IMG/VR virus record: IMGVR_UViG_3300036846_000450
Span: 1 to 51,032 of that record
Source: a virus
Taxonomy: Duplodnaviria > Caudoviricetes
Length of the DNA: 51,032 nucleotides
Reading direction: 5' to 3' (one strand)
In this document: positions 7,975 to 17,879 of the stretch, piece after piece
Numbering within the stretch: the first letter of the stretch is position 1
How the letters are laid out: every line of letters begins with the position of its first letter
Translations under genes and position numbers: made by a program
The notes under the pieces: model-generated
Databases searched by the model: none
The model's input: the letters and a program-made list of their open reading frames with translations, nothing else
What the model was told of the DNA's origin: nothing

Positions 7975-8622
7975 ATGAAAACGATAGCCTTCGTGACGCA
8001 AAAGGGAGGGTCGGGCAAGACGACCTTGTCGGCGTCGATCGCCGTGGCCGCGACAGAAGCAGGTGAAAATGTCGTGGCGCTGGACCTGGATCCGCAGGGA
8101 TCCCTGGCCCGCTGGGGCAGTCGGCGCGAGCTCGAGGCGCCCCTCATCGATCGCCTGGGCGACGATCGCTTGGCGCAGCTGCCGCAGATCCTGCAGGCGT
8201 TGAAGGCAAAAGGGTACACCCTGGTGATTCTCGATTTCCCTGGTCATCTGTCGACCGCCGGCAATCTGGCCCTCGAAAGCATCGACCTCGCGATGGTGCC
8301 GACCCGGCCGACGACGCTCGACCTCCAGGCCGCGATGCCGACCACCCAGACGCTAGCCCAATTCCAGAAGCCGTTTCTGTTCGTGCTGAGCCAGTGCCTG
8401 CCGGGCACCAAGGCCCGCGCCAACGAGGCCGCCGCCGGCCTGGCGAGCCTGGGTGTGCTTGCCGATTCGATGATCGTGCAGCGTATCGACCACCAGGACG
8501 CCCTGGCGGCCGGCAAGGGCGTGACCGAATTTGCCCCGTACGGAAAGGCCGCCGAAGAGATTCGCGCCCTGTGGGCCTCCATTAGCAAGGCCCTGGCGCC
8601 TCAGAAGGAGCTCGTCGCATGA
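7975..8622 (+). CDS. parA: ParA/Soj Walker-type partition ATPase (type Ib, no N-terminal HTH)
   Basis: MKTIAFVTQKGGSGKTT, ALDLDPQGSL, VILDFPG; ATG at 7975 with GGGGAA RBS. Confidence 0.93.
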   Translation: MKTIAFVTQKGGSGKTTLSASIAVAATEAGENVVALDLDPQGSLARWGSRRELEAPLIDRLGDDRLAQLPQILQALKAKGYTLVILDFPGHLSTAGNLALESIDLAMVPTRPTTLDLQAAMPTTQTLAQFQKPFLFVLSQCLPGTKARANEAAAGLASLGVLADSMIVQRIDHQDALAAGKGVTEFAPYGKAAEEIRALWASISKALAPQKELVA

Positions 8623-8969
8623 AGCGTCCATCCCTGGCTGACGTCCTGAACGAACCCAGCATCCTGCCGGACCCGCAGCCGCCGCAGCAGCCAGTGCAAC
8701 AGCAAGCGCAGCCGGCCAAGCCGGCCAAGCGACCGCAGATCGTCCGCAATCAGCCGCCGCAGCCATCGTCCGACATCGTGCGGACCTCGATCTACATCTC
8801 GCGCGAGTCGCACGAGCGGCTGCGCGAGATCGCGTTCGCAACACGGAGGAGGGTCCACAGCCTGATCGTCGAAGGCATCGACAAGGTCGTCGCCGATTAC
8901 GGCCACTCCGAATCGGCGCGCGTCAAACTTGGCCCCAAGAGTTGGAAGCGACTGCGGGACGAGGGGTAG
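8619..8969 (+). CDS. Ribbon-helix-helix centromere-binding partition protein (ParG-like)
   Basis: MKRPSL N-terminal tail, disordered linker, RTSIYISRESHERLREIAF...VHSLIVEGID RHH; ATGA-coupled to parA. Confidence 0.75.
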   Translation: MKRPSLADVLNEPSILPDPQPPQQPVQQQAQPAKPAKRPQIVRNQPPQPSSDIVRTSIYISRESHERLREIAFATRRRVHSLIVEGIDKVVADYGHSESARVKLGPKSWKRLRDEG

Positions 8970-9047
8970 GCGTCAAACAGAACGGACCTCCCCAAAGGCT
9001 TATGCCCGCGGGGAGGGCCTTCTCGGACATGGAACCGAAAATAATTT

Positions 9048-9257
9048 TCATCTCAGCCGCGGCATGCCGCCATCGACGCCGATCAGACTGAGCAGCATAA
9101 AAATGACGATCAGCACGCCAACCGCAATGATCGCCACGCGGGCGATGCGGTGGAACGGCTCGGGGATCGGTACCTGATCGATCAGCCAGAGCAGCAGGCC
9201 GACGACCAGGCCAAGCACCACGATATAGATCACGAGATAGACGAGGCTCTGGATCAT
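9048..9257 (-). CDS. Two-TM membrane protein (Thivi_2564-like; possible holin), paralog of 32917..33198
   Basis: LLWLIDQVPIPEPFHRIARV motif between two TM helices. Confidence 0.65.
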   Translation of the reverse strand: MIQSLVYLVIYIVVLGLVVGLLLWLIDQVPIPEPFHRIARVAIIAVGVLIVIFMLLSLIGVDGGMPRLR

Positions 9258-9454
9258 GGCGTCTCCTTTCTCGGTGCAAGACACCGCTCTGTGATTTGCG
9301 TCAGCAGCGCATCCTTGCGCTCGACCGCCTGCACGATCTCGCGCAAGCCGTAGAGACCGGCGAGCAAAAACAGCGCGTTGATGGTCACCAGTGACAGCGC
9401 CAGGGGCTCACTGCGCAGCGCCTCGATCAGCGTGCGCGAAAGTTGCCTGATCAC
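9254..9454 (-). CDS. Small TM protein at the end of the late operon (lysis-accessory candidate)
   Basis: LRSEPLALSLVTINALFL..., one TM helix, C-terminal ERCL. Confidence 0.55.
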   Translation of the reverse strand: MIRQLSRTLIEALRSEPLALSLVTINALFLLAGLYGLREIVQAVERKDALLTQITERCLAPRKETP

Positions 9455-9732
9455 TGCAGCCTCTCAAGCTTCTTACGGAAATCGCCGATCTCGATCGGCG
9501 GCACGCCTTCGAGCGAGCGGATGCGGTTCTCGTGCTCGAACAGCACCACGTCCTGCACCGGATCATCGACCGGCGGCGGTGCGGGCGGCACGTGAGGATC
9601 GGGCACGCCGCCATCGGCGAGCCAGGCGTCGTATGCGATCCGGTCGCGGTTGCCGGGATCGTTCGGGATGCTCGCCTGATCGGCGGTGCGGATCACGATA
9701 TCGGTCGCGGTTAATCGATAGTCAGCCATCAC
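9451..9732 (-). CDS. Tail fibre assembly/accessory protein
   Basis: VIRTADQASIPNDPGNRD..AYDAWLADGGVP motif typical of genes following tail fibres. Confidence 0.75.
   Translation of the reverse strand: MMADYRLTATDIVIRTADQASIPNDPGNRDRIAYDAWLADGGVPDPHVPPAPPPVDDPVQDVVLFEHENRIRSLEGVPPIEIGDFRKKLERLQ
9482..9608 (+). repeat. 127-bp exact direct repeat, copy 1 (copy 2 at 50906-51032)
   Basis: Base-by-base identity from TCGCCGATCTCG to GGGCACGC. Confidence 0.95.
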
Positions 9733-11441
9733 ATCCTCGCATCCGCGATCAGGGTCTCGCCGAAGGAATAGGCGTCACCTGCGGCAGCAGCGGTGAGCGA
9801 CAGGCCGATCATATTGGCGTCAATCGGCCCGTAGGTGAGGCTCAGAACGTTGCTGCGGCCGCTGGTCGAGCCCGTCACTGTCGGCGCGGCGCGCATCGGC
9901 ACCGGGAGATTGTAGGAAATGCCAAAAATCTGGTTGGCCGCCGCCGCAGCGAAACGCGCGAGCTGGAGCGCCTTGAAATAATAGCGCTGGCACAGCGCCA
10001 GCTCCTGATCGTAGGGACGCATGATGTGCGCCAAGCGATCATAGGTCGGACCTTCGCTACCGGCGACGACATGGAGCCCGGTGATGTGGATGGTGGCGCC
10101 GACAGCACCAGCAAAAAAATTCTGCGAGGTCGCGGGCGTACCCATAAAGCCGCCCGCCTGCCACACGCCGTTCACACCCTGCCACGATGACCCGGCGCCA
10201 AAGCTGAAGTTGATCAGCATGCCCGCGAGGTTGCCGATCTCCCACACGCCGGTCGTGTCGGGCGGCACGGTGACCTGACAAAAATTCCAGGCGGCAGCGC
10301 AGACAAAATCCTTGAGGAAGGTTCGGTTCGACGCATTGTTGCGGATGCCCATCGTGACCGTGCCAGCGACGCCGCAGTACAGCCAGAAGCTGATCGTCAC
10401 CGGGACCGCATAGGTCGTACCCCAGCCGAGCTTCTTGCAGCGATAGCCCTCGATGCGCGTCTGCGCGAGGACGTAGTCGCCCGCCGCGAAGCCTGCCGGG
10501 ATTACGGCCGTTGACTGCAGAGCCATCGTGGTGCCGGTCGGGCCAATGGCATATTGCGCGCCTTGCAAGCCGCCACCGGCACGCACGAAGCCGCCATACC
10601 ATTGATCCGTGACGTAGGTGGCACCCGTCAGTGGCACCCAGGTTTGCGCATTCTGCTGGCTGACCTCGTTGTTGCCGTTGATCTGCAGGCCGTTGTACGC
10701 CATGGCGTCGAACGGCGCCGCGTAGATGTTCTGGCGCGCCTGGACCAGCTGCGGCCCCGTCAGCGCCTGGACCAAATCATAGTGCACGGTGCCGGCGGCC
10801 GCGCCCGATGCGGCGCTGTCGACATACTGCTTCGGCGCAGCCTCCAACGGGTTGGCCGGATTGCCCGGTAGCACCAGCACGCCGGTCATGGTGTCGCCGG
10901 CCTTGGCGACCTTGGTGTCGGCATATTGCTTGGTCGCCGCCTGCAGCGCGGTCGTGGGATCGCCGCTCAACGTCAGCAGGCCGGTCATGGTGTCGCCGGC
11001 CTTCTGCACGTAATCGCCGATCGCGAATGCGCTCCAGACGCCGCCGCTCATGATGCGGACATACTTCGCGTGCGCGGGATCGGTGAGGTCGCGCGCCTCG
11101 ATCACCATGTTGCTGGCGTCGGCGGCGTAGCAGATGCCGGCGAAGGCATGGCCCGCGACCGGCGCGGCGGTGGCCGTCGTCGCGGCGTAGAACGAGCCCG
11201 GCACGAATGTGTCGCTGGAGAAATTGGTGATGACCTGCTTGGACTTTTCCGCCAGGAGATTTTGCAGCGCCTGGTCGGCCGACGACGCGCCGGTGCCGCC
11301 GGCAACGATTGGGCGCGGCAGGTTGAGATCCTGTTCGACGTCGGCGACATTGGCATTGTATTTCGCGCTGTCGATCGTGGTGTCGCTGACCGCGTCGGTG
11401 CCGACAGGACGATGATAGATGTTTGATCCGTCGCGCGGCAT
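9729..11441 (-). CDS. Tail fibre / receptor-binding protein
   Basis: N-terminal MPRDGS..Y..P.GT.A...TTIDS..YN attachment domain, two KAGDTMTG.L.L.G.P...L.AA.KQY.D repeats, C-terminal ELALCQRYY. Confidence 0.85.
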   Translation of the reverse strand: MPRDGSNIYHRPVGTDAVSDTTIDSAKYNANVADVEQDLNLPRPIVAGGTGASSADQALQNLLAEKSKQVITNFSSDTFVPGSFYAATTATAAPVAGHAFAGICYAADASNMVIEARDLTDPAHAKYVRIMSGGVWSAFAIGDYVQKAGDTMTGLLTLSGDPTTALQAATKQYADTKVAKAGDTMTGVLVLPGNPANPLEAAPKQYVDSAASGAAAGTVHYDLVQALTGPQLVQARQNIYAAPFDAMAYNGLQINGNNEVSQQNAQTWVPLTGATYVTDQWYGGFVRAGGGLQGAQYAIGPTGTTMALQSTAVIPAGFAAGDYVLAQTRIEGYRCKKLGWGTTYAVPVTISFWLYCGVAGTVTMGIRNNASNRTFLKDFVCAAAWNFCQVTVPPDTTGVWEIGNLAGMLINFSFGAGSSWQGVNGVWQAGGFMGTPATSQNFFAGAVGATIHITGLHVVAGSEGPTYDRLAHIMRPYDQELALCQRYYFKALQLARFAAAAANQIFGISYNLPVPMRAAPTVTGSTSGRSNVLSLTYGPIDANMIGLSLTAAAAGDAYSFGETLIADARM

Positions 11442-13321
11442 TATTGCTGCTCCTGGTAGAGGCGATTGCCGGTGGTGTTGTAGAGGAGCGCGTTCGCGAC
11501 CGCGTCGCGCATGGCGCCGCCGGCCCCGAGATTGAGCGCATTGCGCGCGACGTCACCGCCGAGCCCAGCGCCAGGTCCGGGCACCATCGGGGCCATTGCA
11601 GCGCGCGAGGCGTATTCCGGCGACCGCGTGCGCAGCTGCTCGGCAAATCTCTCGGCCCCGGCCTGCGCCGCCCTGTTGCCGGCAGTGCGCAAAGCCCGAC
11701 CGGTCAGCCCGAGCGCCAGGCCTCCGGCGGCGCCGGCCCAGGGATCACCGCCATAGAGGTAGGTGCCGAGCGCACCACCGGCGACACCGCCGCCACCCAT
11801 GACAACGGCGCGGCCGAGGCCGCCGCCGCCGCCCAGCATGTTGCCGAGTTCGCGCAGATTGTTGGCGCGGGCCGAGCCGCGGATCAGTCCCTCGACGCCG
11901 GCCTGCTCGGGAGGGGTGAAGCCGCCGAATTCGTCTCGACGGGAGGCAGCCTGTAGATTTTGTCGGAGGCGATTTTCAAAGTTGAGCCCGCTATGGGTCG
12001 CGGCGGCATCGTTGAGAGTTTTGTCGACCTGGTTGGTGATGGTGTCGGAGCGGTAGGCGGCGCCGAAGTTTCCCTTGCCGCGCTGGTGGAGGAGGGCCGC
12101 AGCCGCCGCATCGCGCGCAGTCGTGCCTGAAGCCAGCGAAGCAGGGTCGGGCCGAGTGAGAATTCGTTCGACCTGCTTGCCCGCGATCGTGCCAGCTCGC
12201 TCATCAGTGGGTTTGCCGGCGGCGCCGGCCTCGTATAGCTCGCCGCGGAGGCTGGCGATTTCCCTGGGGCGCATGACGGCTTGCCAGGAGTTGGGGGCGC
12301 CTGAGACCTGGCCGGGGGCGGTGACGCTCCCAGGCGTAGGGCCGGCGGCGTTGAGGGCGTTGACATTGGCAATGTCGGTGCGGCCTTCGTCGGCCAGGCT
12401 GCCAAGTTTGTCGATCGTTCTGGGGGCATCTCGGCCATACTTGCTCCAGTTGGCGTTCGCCATGTTGTCCAGGTGATCGACAACGTAGCCAGTGTCATAT
12501 GAGACTGGCAAGCGGTCGCGGGCCCGGTAATCGCGAGCGCCGAGTGTGCGCAGTTCATCCGACGTCGGCACGACCGCGGACGAGCGCGGCGTCACATTGG
12601 CCACCGCACCAAACGGCGCGCCGAACGCACCGCCGAGCACACCGCCGACCAGGGCGCGCTCGCCCATCTGGCTTGCCGTTGGCGCATTGCCGGCGCCCTG
12701 GATGGCGCCCAGCGTCGCGCCCTCAGCCCCGTAGCCGGCGATGCGCGCCAGGGCCGGCGTAACGCCTGTGCCAGCCCCGCCGAGACGGGCTGCCAGGCTG
12801 CCGCCAAAGCCACCGCGGACGCCGGCGAGCGCCCCGACAGTCTCCGCGACGTCGCCCAGCGTGCCTGTGTTTTCAACCGCGCCCGCGCTCGCCAGCTGCT
12901 CGCGCGCCCTGTTGTAGCGGTAGCCCTCGGCCGGATTGAGCGTCCCCTGACGGAGCATCTCGAATGGCGTCAGCGCGGCCGCCGCGGCGGTATCGCCCCA
13001 GCCCAGCGTGGCGCCGCGCACCAGGCGCCGGGTGTAGCCCTCCGTCAGCGGGGCATCACCGGTCTTGAGCAGCCGGTCGCGCTCGTCAATCGCGGCTTGC
13101 TGATACTTGTCCGGGACGGCCGGGCCGCCGGTGACGAGGCTCGACGGCGCCGGGGGTGCCGTGCGTTCGAACAGCGCGCGTGAGGGCGAGATGGTTTGCG
13201 GATTGAATTCGGCAAACGGGTCCGCGGCGGCGCCGCTCGTGAACACACCAGGCTGGGCGCTCGCCGGCGGTGCCGCTTGGACAGGTTGCGGATCGAATTC
13301 CGCCCAGGGATCGTCACTCAT
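11441..13321 (-). CDS. Internal virion / ejection protein
   Basis: DPWAEF N-terminal repeats, GATLGWGD motif, Gly/Ala-rich amphipathic segments; position before the tail fibre. Confidence 0.7.
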   Translation of the reverse strand: MSDDPWAEFDPQPVQAAPPASAQPGVFTSGAAADPFAEFNPQTISPSRALFERTAPPAPSSLVTGGPAVPDKYQQAAIDERDRLLKTGDAPLTEGYTRRLVRGATLGWGDTAAAAALTPFEMLRQGTLNPAEGYRYNRAREQLASAGAVENTGTLGDVAETVGALAGVRGGFGGSLAARLGGAGTGVTPALARIAGYGAEGATLGAIQGAGNAPTASQMGERALVGGVLGGAFGAPFGAVANVTPRSSAVVPTSDELRTLGARDYRARDRLPVSYDTGYVVDHLDNMANANWSKYGRDAPRTIDKLGSLADEGRTDIANVNALNAAGPTPGSVTAPGQVSGAPNSWQAVMRPREIASLRGELYEAGAAGKPTDERAGTIAGKQVERILTRPDPASLASGTTARDAAAAALLHQRGKGNFGAAYRSDTITNQVDKTLNDAAATHSGLNFENRLRQNLQAASRRDEFGGFTPPEQAGVEGLIRGSARANNLRELGNMLGGGGGLGRAVVMGGGGVAGGALGTYLYGGDPWAGAAGGLALGLTGRALRTAGNRAAQAGAERFAEQLRTRSPEYASRAAMAPMVPGPGAGLGGDVARNALNLGAGGAMRDAVANALLYNTTGNRLYQEQQ

Positions 13322-15600
13322 GGTCGCGTCCTTCCGATGCGGTCAGGCTGACCAGGGATACGGATCAGAAACGAAGTATTGGGCGGTAGCTGGCGCGCTT
13401 GCGCCGGATCGGTGACGACAATGCGGCCGCCCTCGGTCTGAGGCGGCAATGGCGGCGGCAGATCCACGCTGAACATTTTCTTGGCGGCGGTGTCGCCCGT
13501 GCCAAACATCGCCTCCAGGTTCTTGGTGTGCTCGTCGACCATGGCGCGCGAGGATTTGTTGATGATCGTCATCAATGCCCGAATGCTCTGCGGGTCGAGC
13601 GTGATGTCGCCGGCGGAGGCGCGCTGCGCAAATCGCAGTTCGCCCTCCGACAGCTGCGAGGTGCCCGATGTCGAGTGCAGGATATTGGCGACAACCGGCT
13701 GCATGGCGCTGCGGAATGTCTCGGTGTTGGCGATGAGGGAATGCTTGTCGACGATGCCCAGCGACGTGAACAGCTTGGCGACATCCAGCTTCTGATTGGC
13801 GCCGGTGCCGGTGATGATGCCCTTGTCGAAGGCGTCCATGGCGGCCTGCGCACCGGCGAGAGATTTCGCGGCCGACATCGCGTTTGCCTTGCTGGCGTTG
13901 AGTTGCTTGAACACCTCGTCCGGCGGCAGATTGCTGAACTGCGCACGCAGCGCGTTTGTCGCCGCGAGTTGCTTGACGTCCTCGACGCCCTTGCTGGCTT
14001 CGAGGCTGCGCGAGCCCTGGGTGGCGATCTGCTCCTGGCGCTTCGCAACCATGTCACGGTAGCCAGCGACGTCGGCGTCGTACTGGGCCGCATTTTGCTT
14101 GTCGATGTACTGCCGTTTGGCGGTCTCCTCTTGCAGGATCGGGGTGACCGCCTGCGCCACATACGGATTGCCGGGATGATCGATCAAGGCCTGCTGCGCT
14201 GCCTGCTCGCGCGCGGATTGCGGCGTCTGGGCCGGCGGCTTCGGCGGCGCCAGAGGCGGCATGACATAGGCATAGTCAGGCGCCGGCACCGGCGCGCGTC
14301 CGATCTGGGCCGGCGTCTGCGGCCCAGCCTGCGCGACCTGGACCGCCGGCGGCGCGCGCCGGATGCCGTTGCCGCCGTTCGCCGGGAAGCGGATGTCGGA
14401 GCCAGGCGGCACGTCACCAGGGCCGGCCAGCATGACCAGGTTACGGTTGAGGCCACCAGCTGCCGTTGTCGGCTGAGCTGACGGGGGCAGCGTTGCGCCC
14501 CCAGGCTGCGTAGGGTTTGCTTGCGGCCCTCCCTGGGCCGTGAGCGTCGCCGCGATGCGGTTGCGCGTGGCGTTCTGCGCGATGGGGTTCGGCATGCCGT
14601 AGTAGGCCATGATGCGCTGCGCGGCGTCCTGCGGCGCTGCGTTTGCCGGCACGTTGTTGACGCTCAGATTGCCCGCCGGTGCATTGCCGGTGCCAGTCAA
14701 CATCCTGGCGGCGGTGACGGCGCCCTGCTGATGCGCCAGCGCCAGCTCTGAAGGCGTGGGGTCGCGCCCGAGCCGCGCCGACAGCACTTTCGCATTGTCA
14801 TCGGTGAGTTTGTTGGCGGCGAGGATCGAGGCGTCGATGTCGGTGCGGCGGTCCTGGCCGTCGCCGACCAGGCCGTACTGCTGGCCGGTCGAGCGGGTGA
14901 ACTGGAATGGACCGCTCGCGCCGGTCGGCGACACCTCGTTCGGCGACTGCGCCTCGTGCGAGGCGAGATGGCCGAGATAGGCGCGGCGCATGGGATCTGG
15001 CACCAGGCGGGTCAACGCGGCCTGCAGATAGGCCGGCGGCGGTTTGAAGCCGGAGACATCAGCTGTGGGCGCCGCCTGCGCAGGCGCTGGCGTGGCGTCT
15101 GCAGTGGGCGGCGGCGCCACCGGCGCGCCAGGGTTGGCATCGTCGGGGCCCTGGAACGAGAGCGACTGCCCGCGTGGGAAGGCGGCATTGAACCGCTGAT
15201 CGAAGGTCGCCGGCGCGTCCGGGTTCACCGGTGCGGCGGTTTGCGCCGGGACGGCCGGCGGCGTGATTGCCTGCTCGATTGCCTTCACCGCAGGCGCCTC
15301 TTCCGTCTTGTCCTCGGGAGGCGCGTAGGACGTGGGCGCGACCGCTGGCGCGCTGGAGACATTGGTGGCGACGCCCTTGGCGGCCTGCTGGGCGGCGACG
15401 TCCCCGCGTTCGAGCATGCGCGCCATGCCGATGTCGCCGAGACTGTCGCCGATCGCGCTGAGGCCTTCGCCGAGCGTCTTCGGGAAGGGGCGTTTCGACT
15501 GCATCATCTGCAACGCGATGCGCTGGCGCAGCTGCTGGTTGACGTTGGGATCGTTGCCCCAGAAAAAACTGGGCAACGCGTCGAGCGGATTTGTTGCCAT
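13318..15600 (-). CDS. Ejection protein with lytic transglycosylase domain
   Basis: HE...SPTGASGPFQFTRSTGQQYGL...D...SI.AA...LAHQQG SLT motifs. Confidence 0.8.
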   Translation of the reverse strand: MATNPLDALPSFFWGNDPNVNQQLRQRIALQMMQSKRPFPKTLGEGLSAIGDSLGDIGMARMLERGDVAAQQAAKGVATNVSSAPAVAPTSYAPPEDKTEEAPAVKAIEQAITPPAVPAQTAAPVNPDAPATFDQRFNAAFPRGQSLSFQGPDDANPGAPVAPPPTADATPAPAQAAPTADVSGFKPPPAYLQAALTRLVPDPMRRAYLGHLASHEAQSPNEVSPTGASGPFQFTRSTGQQYGLVGDGQDRRTDIDASILAANKLTDDNAKVLSARLGRDPTPSELALAHQQGAVTAARMLTGTGNAPAGNLSVNNVPANAAPQDAAQRIMAYYGMPNPIAQNATRNRIAATLTAQGGPQANPTQPGGATLPPSAQPTTAAGGLNRNLVMLAGPGDVPPGSDIRFPANGGNGIRRAPPAVQVAQAGPQTPAQIGRAPVPAPDYAYVMPPLAPPKPPAQTPQSAREQAAQQALIDHPGNPYVAQAVTPILQEETAKRQYIDKQNAAQYDADVAGYRDMVAKRQEQIATQGSRSLEASKGVEDVKQLAATNALRAQFSNLPPDEVFKQLNASKANAMSAAKSLAGAQAAMDAFDKGIITGTGANQKLDVAKLFTSLGIVDKHSLIANTETFRSAMQPVVANILHSTSGTSQLSEGELRFAQRASAGDITLDPQSIRALMTIINKSSRAMVDEHTKNLEAMFGTGDTAAKKMFSVDLPPPLPPQTEGGRIVVTDPAQARQLPPNTSFLIRIPGQPDRIGRTRP

Positions 15601-17019
15601 TTACGCGGCCCTCAAAATGTTGCCCATCACGCGCGCCTGGTCGATGTATTTGGTGCCGTCGATGTTGCGCACCGCGCGCGGGTCGATGCGCTCGACGTCC
15701 TGCGCCATCGGGCCGATGTGCTGAACGCTCGCCGGATCTTGCTTGTAGCTGTAGCTGTAGATCGGCAGCTCGGACCTCTCGTCGCGGTCGACGTCGTCGA
15801 CGCCGCCGGTCGAGAACACGGTGCCGATGCGCGCGATGTTGTCCTTTTCGCGCTCGTCGGACAGTTTCAGCGCGCCGGCGCCGAGCCCCAGGATGCCGCC
15901 CATCAGCGAATTGTAGTTGGCGCTCTGCTGCTGGTAGGCCTGCATCTGCTGCGCGTAGCTGTTGTTGATCAGGCCGGCGACATCGGTGGTCGGGATCTGC
16001 GCGCCGGGCGTGTTGACGAAATTTGGCTGCTGGACCTGCGAGCCCGACATCAGCGAGGTGATCTCGTTGATCGGCTGATTGCGCTGCGCGTACTGCTCCT
16101 GCATGTACTGATTGCGCGCGGCCTGGGCCGCATTGAAGGCGGCCTGCTGCTGCTGCTGCTGCTGCGCCAGGCCAGCATTGCCAAAGGTCGCGAGCGCCGA
16201 GTTCTGTTGATATTGCTGCGCCTGGGCCGTGTTGGCGAAGCCGGCCTCGCCGAGCTGCTGCTGGTAGCCCTGCTGCTGCGCGGCGTTCTGGAAGGCGGCC
16301 TGCTGGGCGGCCTCCTGGTCCATGCGCTGCTGTTCCTGGCCGGCCTGCTGGATCGCGCCCCAGCGCGCATCGTTGGCCGACTGATTGTAGGTCAGCATCG
16401 CGTTGTTGTAGGCGTCGGAGCCGTAGCGGATGCCCTGGTCGGCGAGCTGCTGCTGCAAGGCCTGCTGCTGGATCTGCAGCTGCGGGTTCATCCGCGCCAT
16501 CAGCGCGTCCTGCACGTTCTGCCGATCGGCGGAGTAGTCGTTGGCGCCGCCATAGCTCTGGGTGATGGCGCCGACCGGGCCGATCGAGGACTGGATCGGG
16601 CCGCCGGTGTCGTAGCTGGTCGCAGCCGCCGGGATGCTCGCAATCTGCGACGCCGAGCCGGCCGCCGGCGCGCCGCTCAGATCCATGGTGTTGGAGAGCA
16701 GCCCCGCGATCTTGCTGGATTGCGCGTTGGCCATGCCGGCCAGATTGTATTGCGCGGCCAGGTCTTGGCCCTGGATCGCCTGGCCCTGCGGCGTCAGCGT
16801 CTGCGTCGCGGTAAACCGCGGGACCGTGTAGCTCGACCCGGTGGTCGGATCGGTCCAGGAGTAACTGCCGGTCTGATTGTAGTCGAGCGAGCCGGTCGGC
16901 GTGACCTGGTTGGTGTTGTTCAGGAATGCATTGGCGATCCCCGTCGACACGTTGGTGCCCGTGGCGTAGTTCGCGGTCGCGATCGGGTTCGGAGGCGTCG
17001 GTGCGTCGGGCTTGCCCAT
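15601..17019 (-). CDS. Gln-rich pilot/ejection protein with C-terminal peptidase S74 (intramolecular chaperone) domain
   Basis: MGKPDAP.PP N-terminus; SDEREKDNI..IG...IYSYSYK...IGPMAQDVE...P.AV. Confidence 0.75.
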   Translation of the reverse strand: MGKPDAPTPPNPIATANYATGTNVSTGIANAFLNNTNQVTPTGSLDYNQTGSYSWTDPTTGSSYTVPRFTATQTLTPQGQAIQGQDLAAQYNLAGMANAQSSKIAGLLSNTMDLSGAPAAGSASQIASIPAAATSYDTGGPIQSSIGPVGAITQSYGGANDYSADRQNVQDALMARMNPQLQIQQQALQQQLADQGIRYGSDAYNNAMLTYNQSANDARWGAIQQAGQEQQRMDQEAAQQAAFQNAAQQQGYQQQLGEAGFANTAQAQQYQQNSALATFGNAGLAQQQQQQQAAFNAAQAARNQYMQEQYAQRNQPINEITSLMSGSQVQQPNFVNTPGAQIPTTDVAGLINNSYAQQMQAYQQQSANYNSLMGGILGLGAGALKLSDEREKDNIARIGTVFSTGGVDDVDRDERSELPIYSYSYKQDPASVQHIGPMAQDVERIDPRAVRNIDGTKYIDQARVMGNILRAA

Positions 17020-17031
17020 CTCGCTCGCTCC

Positions 17032-17391
17032 TCAATAGCCCTGCTGTGGCGGCGGCATCGCGCCTGGCGGCATGCCCGGCGGCATCGGGGGCATGCCCTG
17101 CGGCATTCCAGGCGCGCCACCAGGTGCACCAGGCATCGTCTGCTGCGGCGGCACGCCAGGCGACAGCGGCATCGATGGCGGCGGCATCGCCGGCGACGGT
17201 GCGCCCAGCGGCGGTGAGCCCGGCGGCGGCATCTGCGGCATTTGCATTTGCACGTTCGGCGGCGGCATTTGCGTCATCTGCTGCGGCGACATCATCGGCG
17301 GCATCATCGGCCGCGGCTGCGGGTTCGCGATGTTCATCATCGCCTGGGTGATGTTGTTGCGCTGGGTGTTGATGGCGGGGGACAGCATCAC
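17032..17391 (-). CDS. Pro/Met/Gln-rich low-complexity protein
   Basis: Fills the operon gap exactly; RNNITQAMM motif. Confidence 0.55.
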   Translation of the reverse strand: MMLSPAINTQRNNITQAMMNIANPQPRPMMPPMMSPQQMTQMPPPNVQMQMPQMPPPGSPPLGAPSPAMPPPSMPLSPGVPPQQTMPGAPGGAPGMPQGMPPMPPGMPPGAMPPPQQGY

Positions 17392-17879
17392 GCGGCCTCT
17401 TCGATTTGCGCGGGCTCAAGGTGGTGCTTGAGCCGCTTGTTGAACTTGTTGTTTTCCCAGGCCTCGCGCGTCAGCAGGCAGACGACGCCATCGCGATCGC
17501 GCCCGAACAGGCGCGGGATCGTGATCAGGCCGTAGCCGTAGCGCGACAGGACGTAGAGCAGGCGCTCGTCGTCGGCCGGCGTGCGCTGCACCACCATCTG
17601 GCAGCCGCACTGATGGAATGGATACTGAAACATGCGCGCGAGCGTGCCGCGCGTCAGCCATTGCCGGCCCGGCAGCGCGGCGCCGGAGATCTCGATCAGC
17701 TCGGCCTCGGGGTCATAATTGTGGTAGACGATGCCGGCGATCAGCAGGCCATCCTGGTCGAGCACGCCGATGGCTTTCGCGGTCGGCGCAAATCCTCTCC
17801 GGCAATGCGGGATCAGCGTCGCGACGAAATGCGCGACGGTTTCGTCATGGCCATAGAGATAGTCGAGCATCATCACCAC
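17388..17879 (-). CDS. GNAT-fold virion-associated protein
   Basis: AIGV....LIAGIVYHNY.P....IEIS.AA....WLTR..L..MF.YPF.Q.GC pattern of podophage GNAT proteins. Confidence 0.75.
   Translation of the reverse strand: MVMMLDYLYGHDETVAHFVATLIPHCRRGFAPTAKAIGVLDQDGLLIAGIVYHNYDPEAELIEISGAALPGRQWLTRGTLARMFQYPFHQCGCQMVVQRTPADDERLLYVLSRYGYGLITIPRLFGRDRDGVVCLLTREAWENNKFNKRLKHHLEPAQIEEAA

Noticed and set aside
10820-11010. Direct DNA repeat GCCGGTCATGGTGTCGCCGGCCTT inside the tail fibre gene
   Set aside because: It is explained by the common KAGDTMTG protein repeat of fibre shafts.
9729-11441. Invertible tail-fibre cassette driven by the serine recombinase
   Set aside because: No inverted second fibre C-terminus or flanking inverted crossover sites were seen, and the recombinase is about 25 kb away.
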